DNA from: Arcobacteraceae bacterium
GTDB taxonomy: Bacteria > Campylobacterota > Campylobacteria > Campylobacterales > Arcobacteraceae
Length of the DNA: 64,000 nucleotides
Assembly: GCA_963662945.1 (NCBI GenBank)
Contig: OY759974.1
Location: 608,001-672,000 of the forward strand
Direction: 5' to 3'
Shown: piece by piece, positions 19,639 to 32,232 of the stretch
How positions within the stretch are numbered: position 1 is the stretch's first letter
Layout of the letters: every line of letters starts with the position of its first letter
Program-made: the position numbers and the translations under genes
Notes under the pieces: model-generated
What the model was told of the DNA's origin: nothing
Database searches by the model: none
Seen by the model: only the letters and a program-made list of their open reading frames with translations

Positions 19639-21918
19639 GTGTTCCAAAATTTTTCTATAAAACAATCTTATACACTAATATTTATCATCCTTATTTTTTG
19701 GGCAAGTATAGCATACTATACAATGAATACTCTTATTAATTCGCAAAGTTACTATGCAAAACTTATAAACTTAAGTGGTAAACAAAGAATGCTTTCACAG
19801 AAAAGTGCTTTTCTAGCTTCAAAATATATCCAGCAATCATCTAAAGATTATTTAATATTAATCGAAGAAACTATTAAAGAACTAGAACAAAATCACTTTT
19901 ATATCACAGAAAATCTTTCACAAGAAGCACAAAATTTTTACTTTAAAGAACCTGTAAAGTTAGACACTAAAGTTACAAGCTATATAAACTTGCTCAAACA
20001 GTTTCACTCAAATGCGACATCTACTTTGGAAATAGCTATCTTTGAAAATTCCCAAACACTTCTGATGCATTTGGATAAAGCTGTAGCCATATTTCAAAAA
20101 GAAAGTGAAACAAAAACAAAAAATCTTCAACAAAGAGAGTTCCTAATATTTTTAGGAACTATTCTTACTATTTTGATAGAAGCACATTTTTTTGCACGGC
20201 CTGTTATTGAAAAAATGAAACTTAAATTTCAAGATTTTTATGACAAATTAAAACAAAAAGACAACCTTATAGACTTACAAACAAAGTTTTTCCAAAATGC
20301 TCATGAGGGTATAGTAATAACAAATAAAGATAACAATATCATTGATTTAAACAAAGCTTTTGAAACTGTCACAGGATTTACTAAAAATGAGCTTTTAGGA
20401 AAAAATCCCTCTATTTTAAAATCAGGGGAACACAATGAAGATTTTTATAATACCATGTGGAAAAGTCTCAATGAAAAAGGATACTATAGAGGGGAAGTAA
20501 TCAATAGAAAGAAAAATGGAGAAAAATATGTACAAAATGTATCTATCTTTGCCCTTAATGATGAAAACCAAAATCTTTTAAACTACTTTGCTTTGGTTTC
20601 AGACATCACAGAAAGCTATCTAACACAAAAACAACTCTATAGTCTTGCCAATTACGATACACTAACTAATATTTACAATCGCCACTCTTTTTATGAAAAA
20701 TTAAAACTTTTTATAGATGAGCACAAAAGAAATGGTAAAAAATTTGCATTAATATATATAGATTTAGATGATTTTAAAAATATAAACGATACTTTAGGGC
20801 ATGATTATGGCGATATCTATCTTGTAAAATTTACACAAATTTTACAAGAGGCAATAAGAAAAAATGATATTATAGCAAGAATTGGTGGTGATGAGTTTAT
20901 GGTTATACTCAATGGTTTAGAATCAAGCGAATCTGTACCTCATTTTTTTAAAAGACTATTCTCTTACATACAAAATCCTATTATGATGAAAGGCCTCACA
21001 CATGATATTAAAGCTAGCTTTGGTATTAGTGTATTTCCAGATGATGGAACAAATTCACATCAATTAGTCAAATATGCAGACCTTGCCTTGTATGAATCAA
21101 AAAAAAATGGAAAGAATCAATACACTTTTTATAATATTGATTTTGAACAAAAGCTTTTAGAGGAACTACAACTAGAAAAAGATATTCAAAAAGGACTTCA
21201 AAACAATGAATTTATATTGTTTATGCAGCCAAAAGTTGATTTAAAAAGTGGTAAAACTGCAGGGGTTGAGATGTTAATACGATGGGAAAAAAATGGAAAA
21301 CTTATTTTCCCTGATAACTTTATCCCATTTTGTGAAAAAAGTGATTTAATCGTAGATATTGGAAATGAAGTCTTTAATCAAGTTATTTCAGTCATGAAAA
21401 GATGGGACAAAATTGAAAAATTGAAAAATCTTAATATCTCTTTTAATCTTTCTGCAAAACAAATTCAAAATCAACAGTTTAAAGAAAAAATCTTAGAAAA
21501 TAAAGATTTTTTACTTTCTAAAAAATCTATTTTAATTGCAGAGATTACAGAACACTCTATTGTAGAAGACTTTGAAAATATGCAAAATTTTTTAGGGTTT
21601 TTAAAAGAGTGCAATATTAAAATTGCTCTTGATGATTTTGGTACAGGATATTCATCTTTACAGTATCTCAAAGTTTTACCTATTGATTATCTAAAAATTG
21701 ATAAGGAGTTTACTTTTAATATTTTAAAAAATCCAAAAGATAAAGCTATAACCAAAACGATTATAGACCTTGCGAAAAATCTTGAACTTGAAATTATCGT
21801 AGAAGGGGTTGAAACAAACGAACATGTAGAGTTTTTTGTGCAAAATAACTGTAAATATGCCCAAGGGTATTTCTACTCAAAGGCTATTCCAGTTCAAGAA
21901 TTAGAAACAAAAATTTGA
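19639..21918 (+). CDS. NarX-like sensor / PAS / GGDEF / EAL c-di-GMP enzyme
   Basis: INLSGKQRMLSQK P-box, PAS (LLGKNPSILKSG), ARIGGDEF, EML...DDFGTGYSSL. Confidence 0.92.
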   Translation: MFQNFSIKQSYTLIFIILIFWASIAYYTMNTLINSQSYYAKLINLSGKQRMLSQKSAFLASKYIQQSSKDYLILIEETIKELEQNHFYITENLSQEAQNFYFKEPVKLDTKVTSYINLLKQFHSNATSTLEIAIFENSQTLLMHLDKAVAIFQKESETKTKNLQQREFLIFLGTILTILIEAHFFARPVIEKMKLKFQDFYDKLKQKDNLIDLQTKFFQNAHEGIVITNKDNNIIDLNKAFETVTGFTKNELLGKNPSILKSGEHNEDFYNTMWKSLNEKGYYRGEVINRKKNGEKYVQNVSIFALNDENQNLLNYFALVSDITESYLTQKQLYSLANYDTLTNIYNRHSFYEKLKLFIDEHKRNGKKFALIYIDLDDFKNINDTLGHDYGDIYLVKFTQILQEAIRKNDIIARIGGDEFMVILNGLESSESVPHFFKRLFSYIQNPIMMKGLTHDIKASFGISVFPDDGTNSHQLVKYADLALYESKKNGKNQYTFYNIDFEQKLLEELQLEKDIQKGLQNNEFILFMQPKVDLKSGKTAGVEMLIRWEKNGKLIFPDNFIPFCEKSDLIVDIGNEVFNQVISVMKRWDKIEKLKNLNISFNLSAKQIQNQQFKEKILENKDFLLSKKSILIAEITEHSIVEDFENMQNFLGFLKECNIKIALDDFGTGYSSLQYLKVLPIDYLKIDKEFTFNILKNPKDKAITKTIIDLAKNLELEIIVEGVETNEHVEFFVQNNCKYAQGYFYSKAIPVQELETKI

Positions 21919-21931
21919 TAAATAAAGATTT

Positions 21932-21959
21932 AAAGCCTCAATGAATTTTGAGGCTTTTT
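21932..21959. terminator. Bidirectional rho-independent terminator
   Basis: AAAGCCTCAA-6 nt-TTGAGGCTTT between convergent genes. Confidence 0.8.
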
Positions 21960-21975
21960 GATAAATGTGCTTGTA

Positions 21976-24204
21976 TTAAAACTTTTTACTAGAAGATTCT
22001 TCTACAATAGTTTGAGCTATTGAAGCTACTTGATTAGCCACACTTGATGTTTGATTGGCAATAGCAGCATTTTGTTGGGTTTGTCTATCTATGGAGTTAA
22101 CAGCATCATTAATTTGTTCAATTCCAGCTCTTTGCTCTTTACTAGCAGATTCTACACTTTTTATTATCTCTATGGTTTGAGTAATATTCACATTGAGATT
22201 TTCATATCCTTGTATCATCTCATTTGAAATATTTTTTCCATCATGTGCTTTTTGGAGTGCATTATCAACAAGTACTTTAATCTCATGAGCAGCTTCAGCA
22301 CTTCTTGAAGCTAGATTTCTAACCTCTTGTGCTACTACAGCGAATCCTTTCCCAGCTTCTCCAGCAGTTGCGGCCTCTACTGCTGCATTGAGACTTAATA
22401 TATTGGTTTGGAAAGCTATCTGATCAATTATCCCTATTGCTTCATCAATAGATTTTACCTGTAAATCAATCTCATCCATAGCTTTTGTAGTATCTTTTGC
22501 TAAGTTTGCTCCTTTTGTAGAAGCTTCTGTAACACTATTAGCCAAATTTGCCATTTGAATAATATTATTCGTAGTATTTGAGATATTTGAAGTTATCTCT
22601 TCAAGTGCTGCTGCTGTTTCTTCCAAAGATGCAGCTGATTGATTTGAATTGTGACTAAGGGTATTAACATCTTCTAAAAGTTTGTCACTACTGTTTTGAA
22701 GAGTATTGCCATTTTTTATATTTTGAGTAAGCATACCCACTATAGAGTCTCTTAAGCTATTAATTCCCTCTATTAGCTCTTTGTATTCCCCTGTCATTTT
22801 TGTATCAAGAGTAATTGTTTGACGATAATCATACGATGCATATTGACTCAACACTTTCAAAATATCTTGAAACACTTTTTGTTGTGTATCCATCGTTTGA
22901 TTAACAATATTAACAAATGTTTGTACTTGTGGACTTGAAGCTGGATTTTGAATTCTAAAAGAAAGATCTCCATCTTGCATTTTATTTAATGTTAATATAG
23001 TTTCTCCAGCACACAACATGTCTAGTTCTGTTGCTTCATTCACTACAAGAACATTTTGGTTTATCATCTTAGCAAGTGTACAAAATTCATCTTTTCCCTC
23101 AAGATTTATAGGGTCAAACTCATTATTTTTTCTTTCCAAATAGGAAACAAATCCTAACACTCCACCATAAATCTCTTTGGTGGATGAAGTGATATTCAAA
23201 TAGATAAAATGAGCAAGTGCATTTACAATAAGCACTAAAATGCTTAACAAAATTGTAAAAAAGTAAAAATTTGAATTTTTATTTTCTAATTCGGTAGAAG
23301 CAGTATCAAGTAAAATGTTTCCCAAAGAATCGTCAACTTTTTTAAGTAAATTTATCTTTTGAGTCATAAGATCAAACCAATACACAGCATCAGTAGAAAA
23401 TTGCTTATTCAATATTTCATCCTCTACTGCTTGAATTTTTTGAAAAAGATTCTTATCAATATTAGTTTGAAAAATATTTTTATTTACACTATCACCCAAT
23501 GATATAAATTGGTTCAAATAATTTTCTTGCAATACTTTAAGTGAAATAAACTTTTGAATTAAATTTTCATTCTTACTTACAAGAATTGTTGCACCTACAG
23601 CTCTTTGGATACCTGCCTTCTCTTTGGACATCAAAAAACTATAATATGCTAATATATCTCTTGAAAGTTTTGGAGATTGCATTTCATTTGCAGTTGAAGG
23701 TAAAATACTCAATAAGCCATTATTTATAGAGGTATAATAACCCAATGCCTCATTTAAAGAGCTTTGGAAGTTTGAAATTTTCTTTCTCATATTTTGTAAA
23801 GATTTCAGTTTTTGCTCTACATTAGAGATAGTTTCTTGAGTACTTTGATGAAAGATATCTTTAGAAAGTGAATTGTAAAATTTTTCAAATTCTTCTAATT
23901 TAGTGTTTGTAAGGGCTCTTTGAGATTGAAGTGATTCTGCAAATTTTTTTCCATCACTTCCTATAAATCCAGCAGTCAATCCTCTCTCTTTTTGAGTTTC
24001 ATGAATAAGAAGAGATATCTTTGATGATAGTTGCATAAAGTAAGTAATCTTTTCATACTCTTTTTTCTCTTGATAAACTTCCTTTACATACAATAAACTT
24101 AGTAAAACCATAATTGTTATGGGAATAAAAACCAAAAGAATTAATTTTGTACGAACATTGAAACTTCTTAAAAATATTGGATAATAGTGAATCAAATTTT
24201 TCAT
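21976..24204 (-). CDS. Methyl-accepting chemotaxis protein with NIT (nitrate/nitrite) sensor domain
   Basis: IHETQKERG and [12 protein letters not shown] motifs; [34 protein letters not shown]. Confidence 0.93.
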   Translation of the reverse strand: MKNLIHYYPIFLRSFNVRTKLILLVFIPITIMVLLSLLYVKEVYQEKKEYEKITYFMQLSSKISLLIHETQKERGLTAGFIGSDGKKFAESLQSQRALTNTKLEEFEKFYNSLSKDIFHQSTQETISNVEQKLKSLQNMRKKISNFQSSLNEALGYYTSINNGLLSILPSTANEMQSPKLSRDILAYYSFLMSKEKAGIQRAVGATILVSKNENLIQKFISLKVLQENYLNQFISLGDSVNKNIFQTNIDKNLFQKIQAVEDEILNKQFSTDAVYWFDLMTQKINLLKKVDDSLGNILLDTASTELENKNSNFYFFTILLSILVLIVNALAHFIYLNITSSTKEIYGGVLGFVSYLERKNNEFDPINLEGKDEFCTLAKMINQNVLVVNEATELDMLCAGETILTLNKMQDGDLSFRIQNPASSPQVQTFVNIVNQTMDTQQKVFQDILKVLSQYASYDYRQTITLDTKMTGEYKELIEGINSLRDSIVGMLTQNIKNGNTLQNSSDKLLEDVNTLSHNSNQSAASLEETAAALEEITSNISNTTNNIIQMANLANSVTEASTKGANLAKDTTKAMDEIDLQVKSIDEAIGIIDQIAFQTNILSLNAAVEAATAGEAGKGFAVVAQEVRNLASRSAEAAHEIKVLVDNALQKAHDGKNISNEMIQGYENLNVNITQTIEIIKSVESASKEQRAGIEQINDAVNSIDRQTQQNAAIANQTSSVANQVASIAQTIVEESSSKKF

Positions 24205-24623
24205 ACTTTCATCTCCTCTTGTCTCATTTTCTTATATAGAATTTCATATTTTTCCACCTCTTTTCTTGAAGCTCTTCTTCTACAAGAGATATATCCCCTA
24301 CCTCCGTTTGATGAAGTAAAAGGAAAAACTGTAGCAAATACCCAATAATATTTTCCATCCTTTGTTTTGTTTTTCACAAAACCTCTCCACCTCTTGTTAC
24401 TTTGTACCGCTTTCCACAAATCTTCAAAAGCTGCTTTTGGCATATCTGGATGTCGCACAATATTATGAGGCTTGCCGATAAGTTCTTCAAGGCTATACCC
24501 AGCAAAATGGCAAAACTCATCATTTGCAAATAAAATAATCCCTCTTTCATCTGTCTCTGATACTAGAAAAGATTTATCATCTAAAATTAATTCATTACCT
24601 TGAATATCCATAATAAACTCCAT
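24201..24623 (-). CDS. Stand-alone Aer/CetB-like PAS protein (start may be ATG at 24611)
   Basis: LVSETDERG...ANDEF...[13 protein letters not shown]...YYWV; ATGA overlap with the MCP gene. Confidence 0.88.
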   Translation of the reverse strand: MEFIMDIQGNELILDDKSFLVSETDERGIILFANDEFCHFAGYSLEELIGKPHNIVRHPDMPKAAFEDLWKAVQSNKRWRGFVKNKTKDGKYYWVFATVFPFTSSNGGRGYISCRRRASRKEVEKYEILYKKMRQEEMKV

Positions 24624-24639
24624 ATTATATAGTAAAAAT

Positions 24640-24681
24640 AGGTTATCATATTTGAAGAGATTTTTTTTTGATATAAGTCAA
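24640..24681 (-). promoter_or_regulatory. Box TTGATATAAGTCAA plus extended -10 TGA-TAACCT
   Basis: Box 24668-24681, 22-nt spacer, -10 24640-24645 on minus strand. Confidence 0.82.
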
Positions 24682-24712
24682 TAATTTTATAATTTATTTT
24701 TATACAAAAAAT

Positions 24713-24955
24713 TTAGTAATAATTTAAAGCTATAAAAAGTATCACTACAACCAACCAAAGTATAGGAATAATACGATACTTCAATGATACAGCTTTTAAA
24801 CCCATAAAATGTTCAATCACTAGATAAGCTTTTATGAAAGTAGTAATAAGTAGTATTGCTACAAAAAAATCACTTACTATCTCAAACCAACCCAAAACAA
24901 ATGCAAAAGTGGAAAATAGTAGTAATACTATCCAAATTTTTGTGATTTTGTCCAT
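24713..24955 (-). CDS. NorF-like / cytochrome oxidase subunit IV family membrane protein
   Basis: Three TM segments, IKAYLVIEHFMGL; follows norE; start moved to MDKITK. Confidence 0.7.
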   Translation of the reverse strand: MDKITKIWIVLLLFSTFAFVLGWFEIVSDFFVAILLITTFIKAYLVIEHFMGLKAVSLKYRIIPILWLVVVILFIALNYY

Positions 24956-24966
24956 ACTATAATCAC

Positions 24967-25548
24967 TTACCTTATGATATAAAGCAATGGAAATAAAACA
25001 ATCCAAAGTAAATCAACCATATGCCAATAAGAAGCTCCAGATTCTAACCCTCTATGCTCTTGTGTGGTATAAAGACCCGCTTTTGTATTGATATACAAAT
25101 TGTACAAAATAATCATCCCTAAAATCACATGCAAAAAATGAAACACCGTCAAGATAAAATAAAACATAAAAAAAGTATTGGTGCTTAAGTTAATTCCACT
25201 AGCATATTTATCACTTAACTCAAAAAGCTTTATCACTAAAAAAATAGCTCCGCTCCCCATAGCTGTCAAAAGATAATAAGAAGCTTTTTGGAAAACCTCT
25301 TGGGTATTTATTGTTTTGATTTTGTTAACTGCCTTCACCACAAAATAGCTACTAGAGATAAGCAAAACAGTATTGACAAACCCAAACCTTTGATCTAATA
25401 AAAGCTGTGAACTATTAAAAATCTCAAGCTCTTTTTGTCTTGAAAAGGCAAAGCCTATAAAAAATAGTCCAAAGGTCAGTAGCTCAATATAGATAATAAT
25501 CCATACACCAAAATCGCCAGGTGGGTAAAGTAGTTTTTCTTTTTTCAT
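24967..25548 (-). CDS. norE: NorE (cytochrome c oxidase subunit III family)
   Basis: WIIIYIELLTF, NTVLLISSS, FHFLHV, YWHMVDLLW; divergent from norC. Confidence 0.85.
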   Translation of the reverse strand: MKKEKLLYPPGDFGVWIIIYIELLTFGLFFIGFAFSRQKELEIFNSSQLLLDQRFGFVNTVLLISSSYFVVKAVNKIKTINTQEVFQKASYYLLTAMGSGAIFLVIKLFELSDKYASGINLSTNTFFMFYFILTVFHFLHVILGMIILYNLYINTKAGLYTTQEHRGLESGASYWHMVDLLWIVLFPLLYIIR

Positions 25549-25576
25549 AGTGAAAGTTTATAGGAAGTTTTATTAA

Positions 25577-25643
25577 ATACTACTTTAAAGTAGAATTAAA
25601 AATAAATAAGCTATAGTTTCATATACTACTTTAAAGTAGAATT
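25577..25643. promoter_or_regulatory. Two identical 21-bp operators ATACTACTTTAAAGTAGAATT (core palindrome CTACTTTAAAGTAG)
   Basis: Copies at 25577-25597 and 25623-25643 flanking -10 TATAGT (25612-25617). Confidence 0.85.
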
Positions 25644-25660
25644 TATAAAAGGGGTTATTT

Positions 25661-27486
<1,826 letters not shown>

Positions 27487-27489
27487 ATT

Positions 27490-29286
27490 ATGCTTAGCTA
27501 TTTTTTGGAGTTTGAAGAGAGTATCGGGAAAGCTTGGGATAAAATTTTGAAAAAAAAAGTTCATAAGTTTTATGAAGAGCAACGGGTAAACCTTGCAGAG
27601 ATCTCCAAAAATCTTACCATTTTTCATCACCTTTTAGGTGGTGAAAAAGCTAAAGATATAAAAGCTACAGATAAAAGAATACTTCAAACCAAAAGAACGA
27701 TACTAGAAAAAATCTCTTTTTTAGGATATGAGTTTTATCTTCCATGGCAAGATGAAAAATCTTTGTATTTGCCACCCTCATTTGCCTATTTTCCAAAAAA
27801 AGAGGATAATGAGATGTTGTATTATTGGCTTGTAGCTATGATGAGTCAAATTGATTGTCAAGATTCAAATATGATAGAGCAAAATATCAATATAAGTGAA
27901 AAGTTGCAAAAACACTACGCTGGATTTGAACAGTTTTATGCTTACGCAAAAGAATTTTTAAGTACGCAGTTTGAACAATTAGATTTTATTAAGTCTTTAG
28001 AAAAGATAGATTATAAAGATTTAATAAAACACTATCCAAACCCTTTATGGGTCTATCCTACTCCTTTTTCAAAACAGAATAACCATAAACAGACAAGCGA
28101 AGAGGAAGAGCTACAAAGGGGAAACGACAAAGAAAAAAAAGATTCATTGGAAATGAAAAAGAAAGCTAATCAAACAACTCAAAAAAATGAAACAGATGGT
28201 TTTTTGGCTTTTTTACCAGAATCTTTGATGAGTATTTTTGAACAAGTCAATGTTGATAGGATGGAAGATGATAGTTTTGATGAAAATGCTTTGTATCATG
28301 CCCAAGATTTAGATGAGATTACTATTGGGAAAAAAGAGGCGAATCTTTCTTCAAGAATAAAATTAGATTTGGATTTAGTTCCAGATACAAAAGAGATATA
28401 TCCATTAGGTAAAGGGCATTTTATCGATGAGTGGGATTATAGAAAAGAGAGCTATCTTAAAAATTATGTGTGTATCAAACCACAAGTTACTATCAATGTT
28501 ACCCCTATAGAACTTCCCATAAGACTTAAAAAAGAGGTGCAAAAAATCCAAAGAGCCTTGGATATATTAGCTCTTGATAGAATCAAAAATGATAGATTAC
28601 CTTATGGGGATGAGCTGAATATTGATACTTGGATAGATTACAAAGGGCATCAGAACAAATCACTACACCATCAAAACTTTTACACCTCATTTGAGAAAAA
28701 AACAAGAGATATGGCGACACTTATTTTGGCAGATGTTTCACTCTCTACTGAGGGTGGTATCACTCAAGAGTTGCGAATAATCGATGTCATCAAAGATGGT
28801 TTGATGGTGTTTAGCCAAGCTTTGGAAAAACTGCAAGATAGATTTGCTATCTATTCTTTTTCATCATTGCAAAACAAAAAAGTTTATTTTACTATTATCA
28901 AAAACTTTAAAGACAAATACAATGACCTTATCCGTGGACGAATTGATGCTATGCAACCATTTTATTATACAAGATTGGGTGCAGCTATTAGAGAGTCCTC
29001 TAAGATTTTAGAAAAGCAACCCGCAAGCAATAAGCTACTTCTTATAATAAGTGATGGAAAACCAAATGATGAAGATAGATATGATGGAAGATATGGCTTA
29101 GAAGATACAAAAAAAGCAATAGAAGAGGTGAAGAAAAAAGGGATTACCCCTTTTTGTATCACTATTGACCAAGAAGCGAAAGATTACTTACCATTTTTAT
29201 TTGGGAAAAAAGGTTTTGCTATAGTTAAAGATGGAAAAAACCTACCAAAAGTAATACCAGAGATTTATATAAACTTAACAAAGTAA
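27490..29286 (+). CDS. norD: NorD VWA-domain cNOR activation protein
   Basis: DEWDY, LADVSLST, YTRLGAAIR, ISDGKPND. Confidence 0.93.
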   Translation: MLSYFLEFEESIGKAWDKILKKKVHKFYEEQRVNLAEISKNLTIFHHLLGGEKAKDIKATDKRILQTKRTILEKISFLGYEFYLPWQDEKSLYLPPSFAYFPKKEDNEMLYYWLVAMMSQIDCQDSNMIEQNINISEKLQKHYAGFEQFYAYAKEFLSTQFEQLDFIKSLEKIDYKDLIKHYPNPLWVYPTPFSKQNNHKQTSEEEELQRGNDKEKKDSLEMKKKANQTTQKNETDGFLAFLPESLMSIFEQVNVDRMEDDSFDENALYHAQDLDEITIGKKEANLSSRIKLDLDLVPDTKEIYPLGKGHFIDEWDYRKESYLKNYVCIKPQVTINVTPIELPIRLKKEVQKIQRALDILALDRIKNDRLPYGDELNIDTWIDYKGHQNKSLHHQNFYTSFEKKTRDMATLILADVSLSTEGGITQELRIIDVIKDGLMVFSQALEKLQDRFAIYSFSSLQNKKVYFTIIKNFKDKYNDLIRGRIDAMQPFYYTRLGAAIRESSKILEKQPASNKLLLIISDGKPNDEDRYDGRYGLEDTKKAIEEVKKKGITPFCITIDQEAKDYLPFLFGKKGFAIVKDGKNLPKVIPEIYINLTK

Positions 29287-29297
29287 AGGAAAAAAAA

Positions 29298-30074
29298 ATG
29301 GAAAATATATATTATAAACCCCAATCAAATGAAGTGGAACTTTTTGAAGCATCAGCTCATATGAATTTACCAGTTCTTATCAAAGGTCCTACAGGATGTG
29401 GAAAAACAAGATTTATAGAGTATATGGGACAAAAGCTACAAAGAGAAGTTTACACGGTGGTATGTCATGATGATTTAAGTGTAGCAGATTTGGTGGGACG
29501 ACACCTAATAGATGAAAATGGCACTTTTTGGCAAGACGGTCCACTTACAAAAGCTGTACGCAATGGAGGAATTTGTTATCTTGATGAGATAGTGGAAGCT
29601 AGAAAAGACACTACTGTTGTATTGCATTCACTAGCAGATTATAGAAGAATTTTACCCATTGATAGAACTGGTGAACTTATAGTTGCACATCCTGATTTTA
29701 TGTTGGTAGTTTCTTATAACCCTGGGTATCAAAATCTGCTAAAAGGTATGAAACCAAGTACAAAACAAAGATTTATAGCTTTAGAGTTTAACTATCCAAA
29801 AGAGGATATTGAAAAAGAGATTGTAATTAAAGAGAGTGGAGTTGATGAAAATATAGCCTCAAAATTAGTTAAAATAGCAATAGAAATCAGAAATCTTGAT
29901 GATGTAGAGCTAGGTGAAGCTGTATCAACAAGACTTTTAGTATATGCAGCCAAACTTATAGTGCAAGGATTTAACCCTTATGAAGCATGTGTACATTCTA
30001 TTATCTATTCACTCACTGATGAAGATGATCTTATAGAAGTACTTCAAAAGCTTGTAAAATTGTATTTTGTATAA
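29298..30074 (+). CDS. norQ: NorQ MoxR-type AAA+ ATPase
   Basis: KGPTGCGKTRF, WQDGPLT, SYNPGYQ, KPSTKQRF, STRLL. Confidence 0.96.
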   Translation: MENIYYKPQSNEVELFEASAHMNLPVLIKGPTGCGKTRFIEYMGQKLQREVYTVVCHDDLSVADLVGRHLIDENGTFWQDGPLTKAVRNGGICYLDEIVEARKDTTVVLHSLADYRRILPIDRTGELIVAHPDFMLVVSYNPGYQNLLKGMKPSTKQRFIALEFNYPKEDIEKEIVIKESGVDENIASKLVKIAIEIRNLDDVELGEAVSTRLLVYAAKLIVQGFNPYEACVHSIIYSLTDEDDLIEVLQKLVKLYFV

Positions 30075-30122
30075 AATTAAATAAGAGTTTTGATAGAATA
30101 ATAAAAAAGTTCAAGGATAAAG

Positions 30123-30518
30123 ATGATACTCTCTACTACTTCACAATATGCTATTAAAGTTTTGATATATATGTCGCAAGATACTTCAAAGCTTTATTCA
30201 GTCAAAGAGCTTTCAAAAATTCTTGAAATACCCTATAAATATCTTTCAAAGATTATGACAAATCTTTCAAAAAAAGAGTTAATTTTAGCTATTCAAGGAA
30301 GATACGGTGGATTTAAACTCTCAAAACAAAAAGAGGATATAAAACTCAAAGATATCCTCAAAGCACTTGAGGATGAGAGTTTTAAAGAGTGTATTTTAGG
30401 AGGAAGAATTTGTGATGGAACCGACAAATGTGGACTTCATGATAGCTGGATAAAACCAAAACAAACAATCCAAAAAAACTTTTTGGAACTGAACCTTGGG
30501 GAGTTAAAAGAAAACTAA
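30123..30518 (+). CDS. Rrf2 family transcriptional regulator with three Cys (Fe-S type)
   Basis: YLSKIMTNL...QGRYGGFKL; CILGGRICDGTDKCGLH. Confidence 0.92.
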   Translation: MILSTTSQYAIKVLIYMSQDTSKLYSVKELSKILEIPYKYLSKIMTNLSKKELILAIQGRYGGFKLSKQKEDIKLKDILKALEDESFKECILGGRICDGTDKCGLHDSWIKPKQTIQKNFLELNLGELKEN

Positions 30519-30530
30519 AAAATTTTTATA

Positions 30531-31022
30531 TTATATAAGAAACCTTTTATCAGACCTTGCATAACTTACCTCTTCATAAGACTTTTTCATCCAACCTGAT
30601 TTTGAGGGAGTAATTATTTTATCAAAATTTTCAATATAAGGCTTAATATCAAGTAGCGGTGTACCGTTAAGTACATCAATCCCTTTTACGATTACGATAT
30701 TTTGCTTCACAGTTAGAAGTTCGACAATTGAAAGTCCAATACTATTTGGATGCATAGGAGTTCTTGTAGCAAATACTCCTCTTTTTGTATTTGTATGGTC
30801 GTTAAAAGGAATCACCTCAAGTTCATAGTCTTGAACTTTATGAAAATAGTACATAAGGTACACATGAGAAAAACCATCCAAATCTTTTAGTCCCTTTTCA
30901 TACTCTTTTTTAAAGACAATTTTTCCTATAGATGCATCAGCCCCACAAGGTTGCACAGGCATATTTTCCAAAAATTCAAAAGGGGTATGTATTGTAGCTA
31001 AACTATTCAGTTGAAATTTCAT
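30531..31022 (-). CDS. tsaA: TsaA/TrmO-like SAM-binding protein
   Basis: GLKDLDGFSH, RGVFATRTPMHPNSIGLS, GIDVLNGTPLLDIKPY. Confidence 0.88.
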   Translation of the reverse strand: MKFQLNSLATIHTPFEFLENMPVQPCGADASIGKIVFKKEYEKGLKDLDGFSHVYLMYYFHKVQDYELEVIPFNDHTNTKRGVFATRTPMHPNSIGLSIVELLTVKQNIVIVKGIDVLNGTPLLDIKPYIENFDKIITPSKSGWMKKSYEEVSYARSDKRFLI

Positions 31023-31037
31023 AGTACAAGCTTCACT

Positions 31038-32213
31038 TTATCCATCAATTCGTAAAATAGTTTTACCGTATCGGATACTCCAACCAAGAAATAAAACAAT
31101 CCATAAAATGATACTTAAATGGAAAAAACCCATAAAAAAGTTATACTCACTTAAATATAAAAGAGACCCCAATATTCGTGAAACAATAACAACTTGCAAT
31201 AGTACAAAAAGAGCTATTGTAAATTTATCTGCAACTATTTTTTGTGCAGGTACAGCATGACCCATAATAACACGACTACCAAAACCAATCAAAAGATTAA
31301 GAACAAACCCCAAAGCAAAAATATGTAAAGAAAGCTTCATAGTATAAATTTCTAATACAGCTTCTAAAAAATAAACCACAACGCCTAAATAGAACCAAAA
31401 AAATGAAACTACTAAAATAGAGATAATTGCAGGGGTTTTGCTGTAAATATTAAGATTAAATATTATGTATCCAAAAAATCCAAGAGCTATGAGTGCTATA
31501 ACTTTTGAAAAAAATATCAACTCAAACTGCAATACTATCCCTATAAAAAAAAGTAAAATTAAAGAAAACTCTAAAGTAAACTTTGGTTTTTGCCACTTTG
31601 GTTTTTGGGTATAAAGAGCGTAAAAATTAGGTACCATTTTTAAAGCGACTAAAAAAACTGTACTTAAAAGGTACCCATAAAATATCAAAATAGATAAATC
31701 TTTTTTAAAAGCAATCTCACATATAAGTATCCATGAAGCTACAAAAAGTAATAAAGTTAAAAGATAACTCTCTTTTTTATCTATACTGTATCCCTTTAAG
31801 ATTATATTATGAAATAAGATTACAGTAAGCAAAAGAGTCGTAACAGTTATTAATTTACCTAAAAAAACAAAATCAAATAATACTAAAATGACTCCTATTT
31901 GATACAAGACCCATAAGGGTAAGTATCTTTGTTTTCGTATCACTTGAGATGTAGAATATTTAGGAATAACTGTAATTAAAAATCCCAAAAAGGCATTGGT
32001 AAATACTCCAAACAACAATCCAAAACTATGCAAGATAGAAAAATTGACCTCTTTACCTATAAAACTTAAAAAAGTTCCTATCATCGTATAAAAAGCAAAA
32101 AAAAGTGTAGAGGCAAAAAAAAGTTGATGGGGTTGATCGCTAAATCGTTCAAACCAACTTTTTTTCACTAAAGGTTGAGAACTAAACTGTGAAAATTGCA
32201 TAATAAGCTCCAT
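31038..32213 (-). CDS. nnrS: NnrS family membrane protein (start may be ATG at 32201)
   Basis: QPHQLFF, GFLITVIPKY, LHIFALG, SRVIMGH. Confidence 0.85.
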   Translation of the reverse strand: MELIMQFSQFSSQPLVKKSWFERFSDQPHQLFFASTLFFAFYTMIGTFLSFIGKEVNFSILHSFGLLFGVFTNAFLGFLITVIPKYSTSQVIRKQRYLPLWVLYQIGVILVLFDFVFLGKLITVTTLLLTVILFHNIILKGYSIDKKESYLLTLLLFVASWILICEIAFKKDLSILIFYGYLLSTVFLVALKMVPNFYALYTQKPKWQKPKFTLEFSLILLFFIGIVLQFELIFFSKVIALIALGFFGYIIFNLNIYSKTPAIISILVVSFFWFYLGVVVYFLEAVLEIYTMKLSLHIFALGFVLNLLIGFGSRVIMGHAVPAQKIVADKFTIALFVLLQVVIVSRILGSLLYLSEYNFFMGFFHLSIILWIVLFLGWSIRYGKTILRIDG

Positions 32214-32232
32214 TTATTTTTAACTAGGAGTA

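Noticed and set aside
25577-25643. CRISPR-like repeat-spacer-repeat
   Set aside because: Only two 21-bp copies, no cas genes, and it sits in a divergent promoter; better explained as operators.
32217-32230. CTCCTAGTTAAAA in the nnrS leader resembling the sRNA loop
   Set aside because: Short, no flanking stem and straddles the predicted TSS; probably coincidence.
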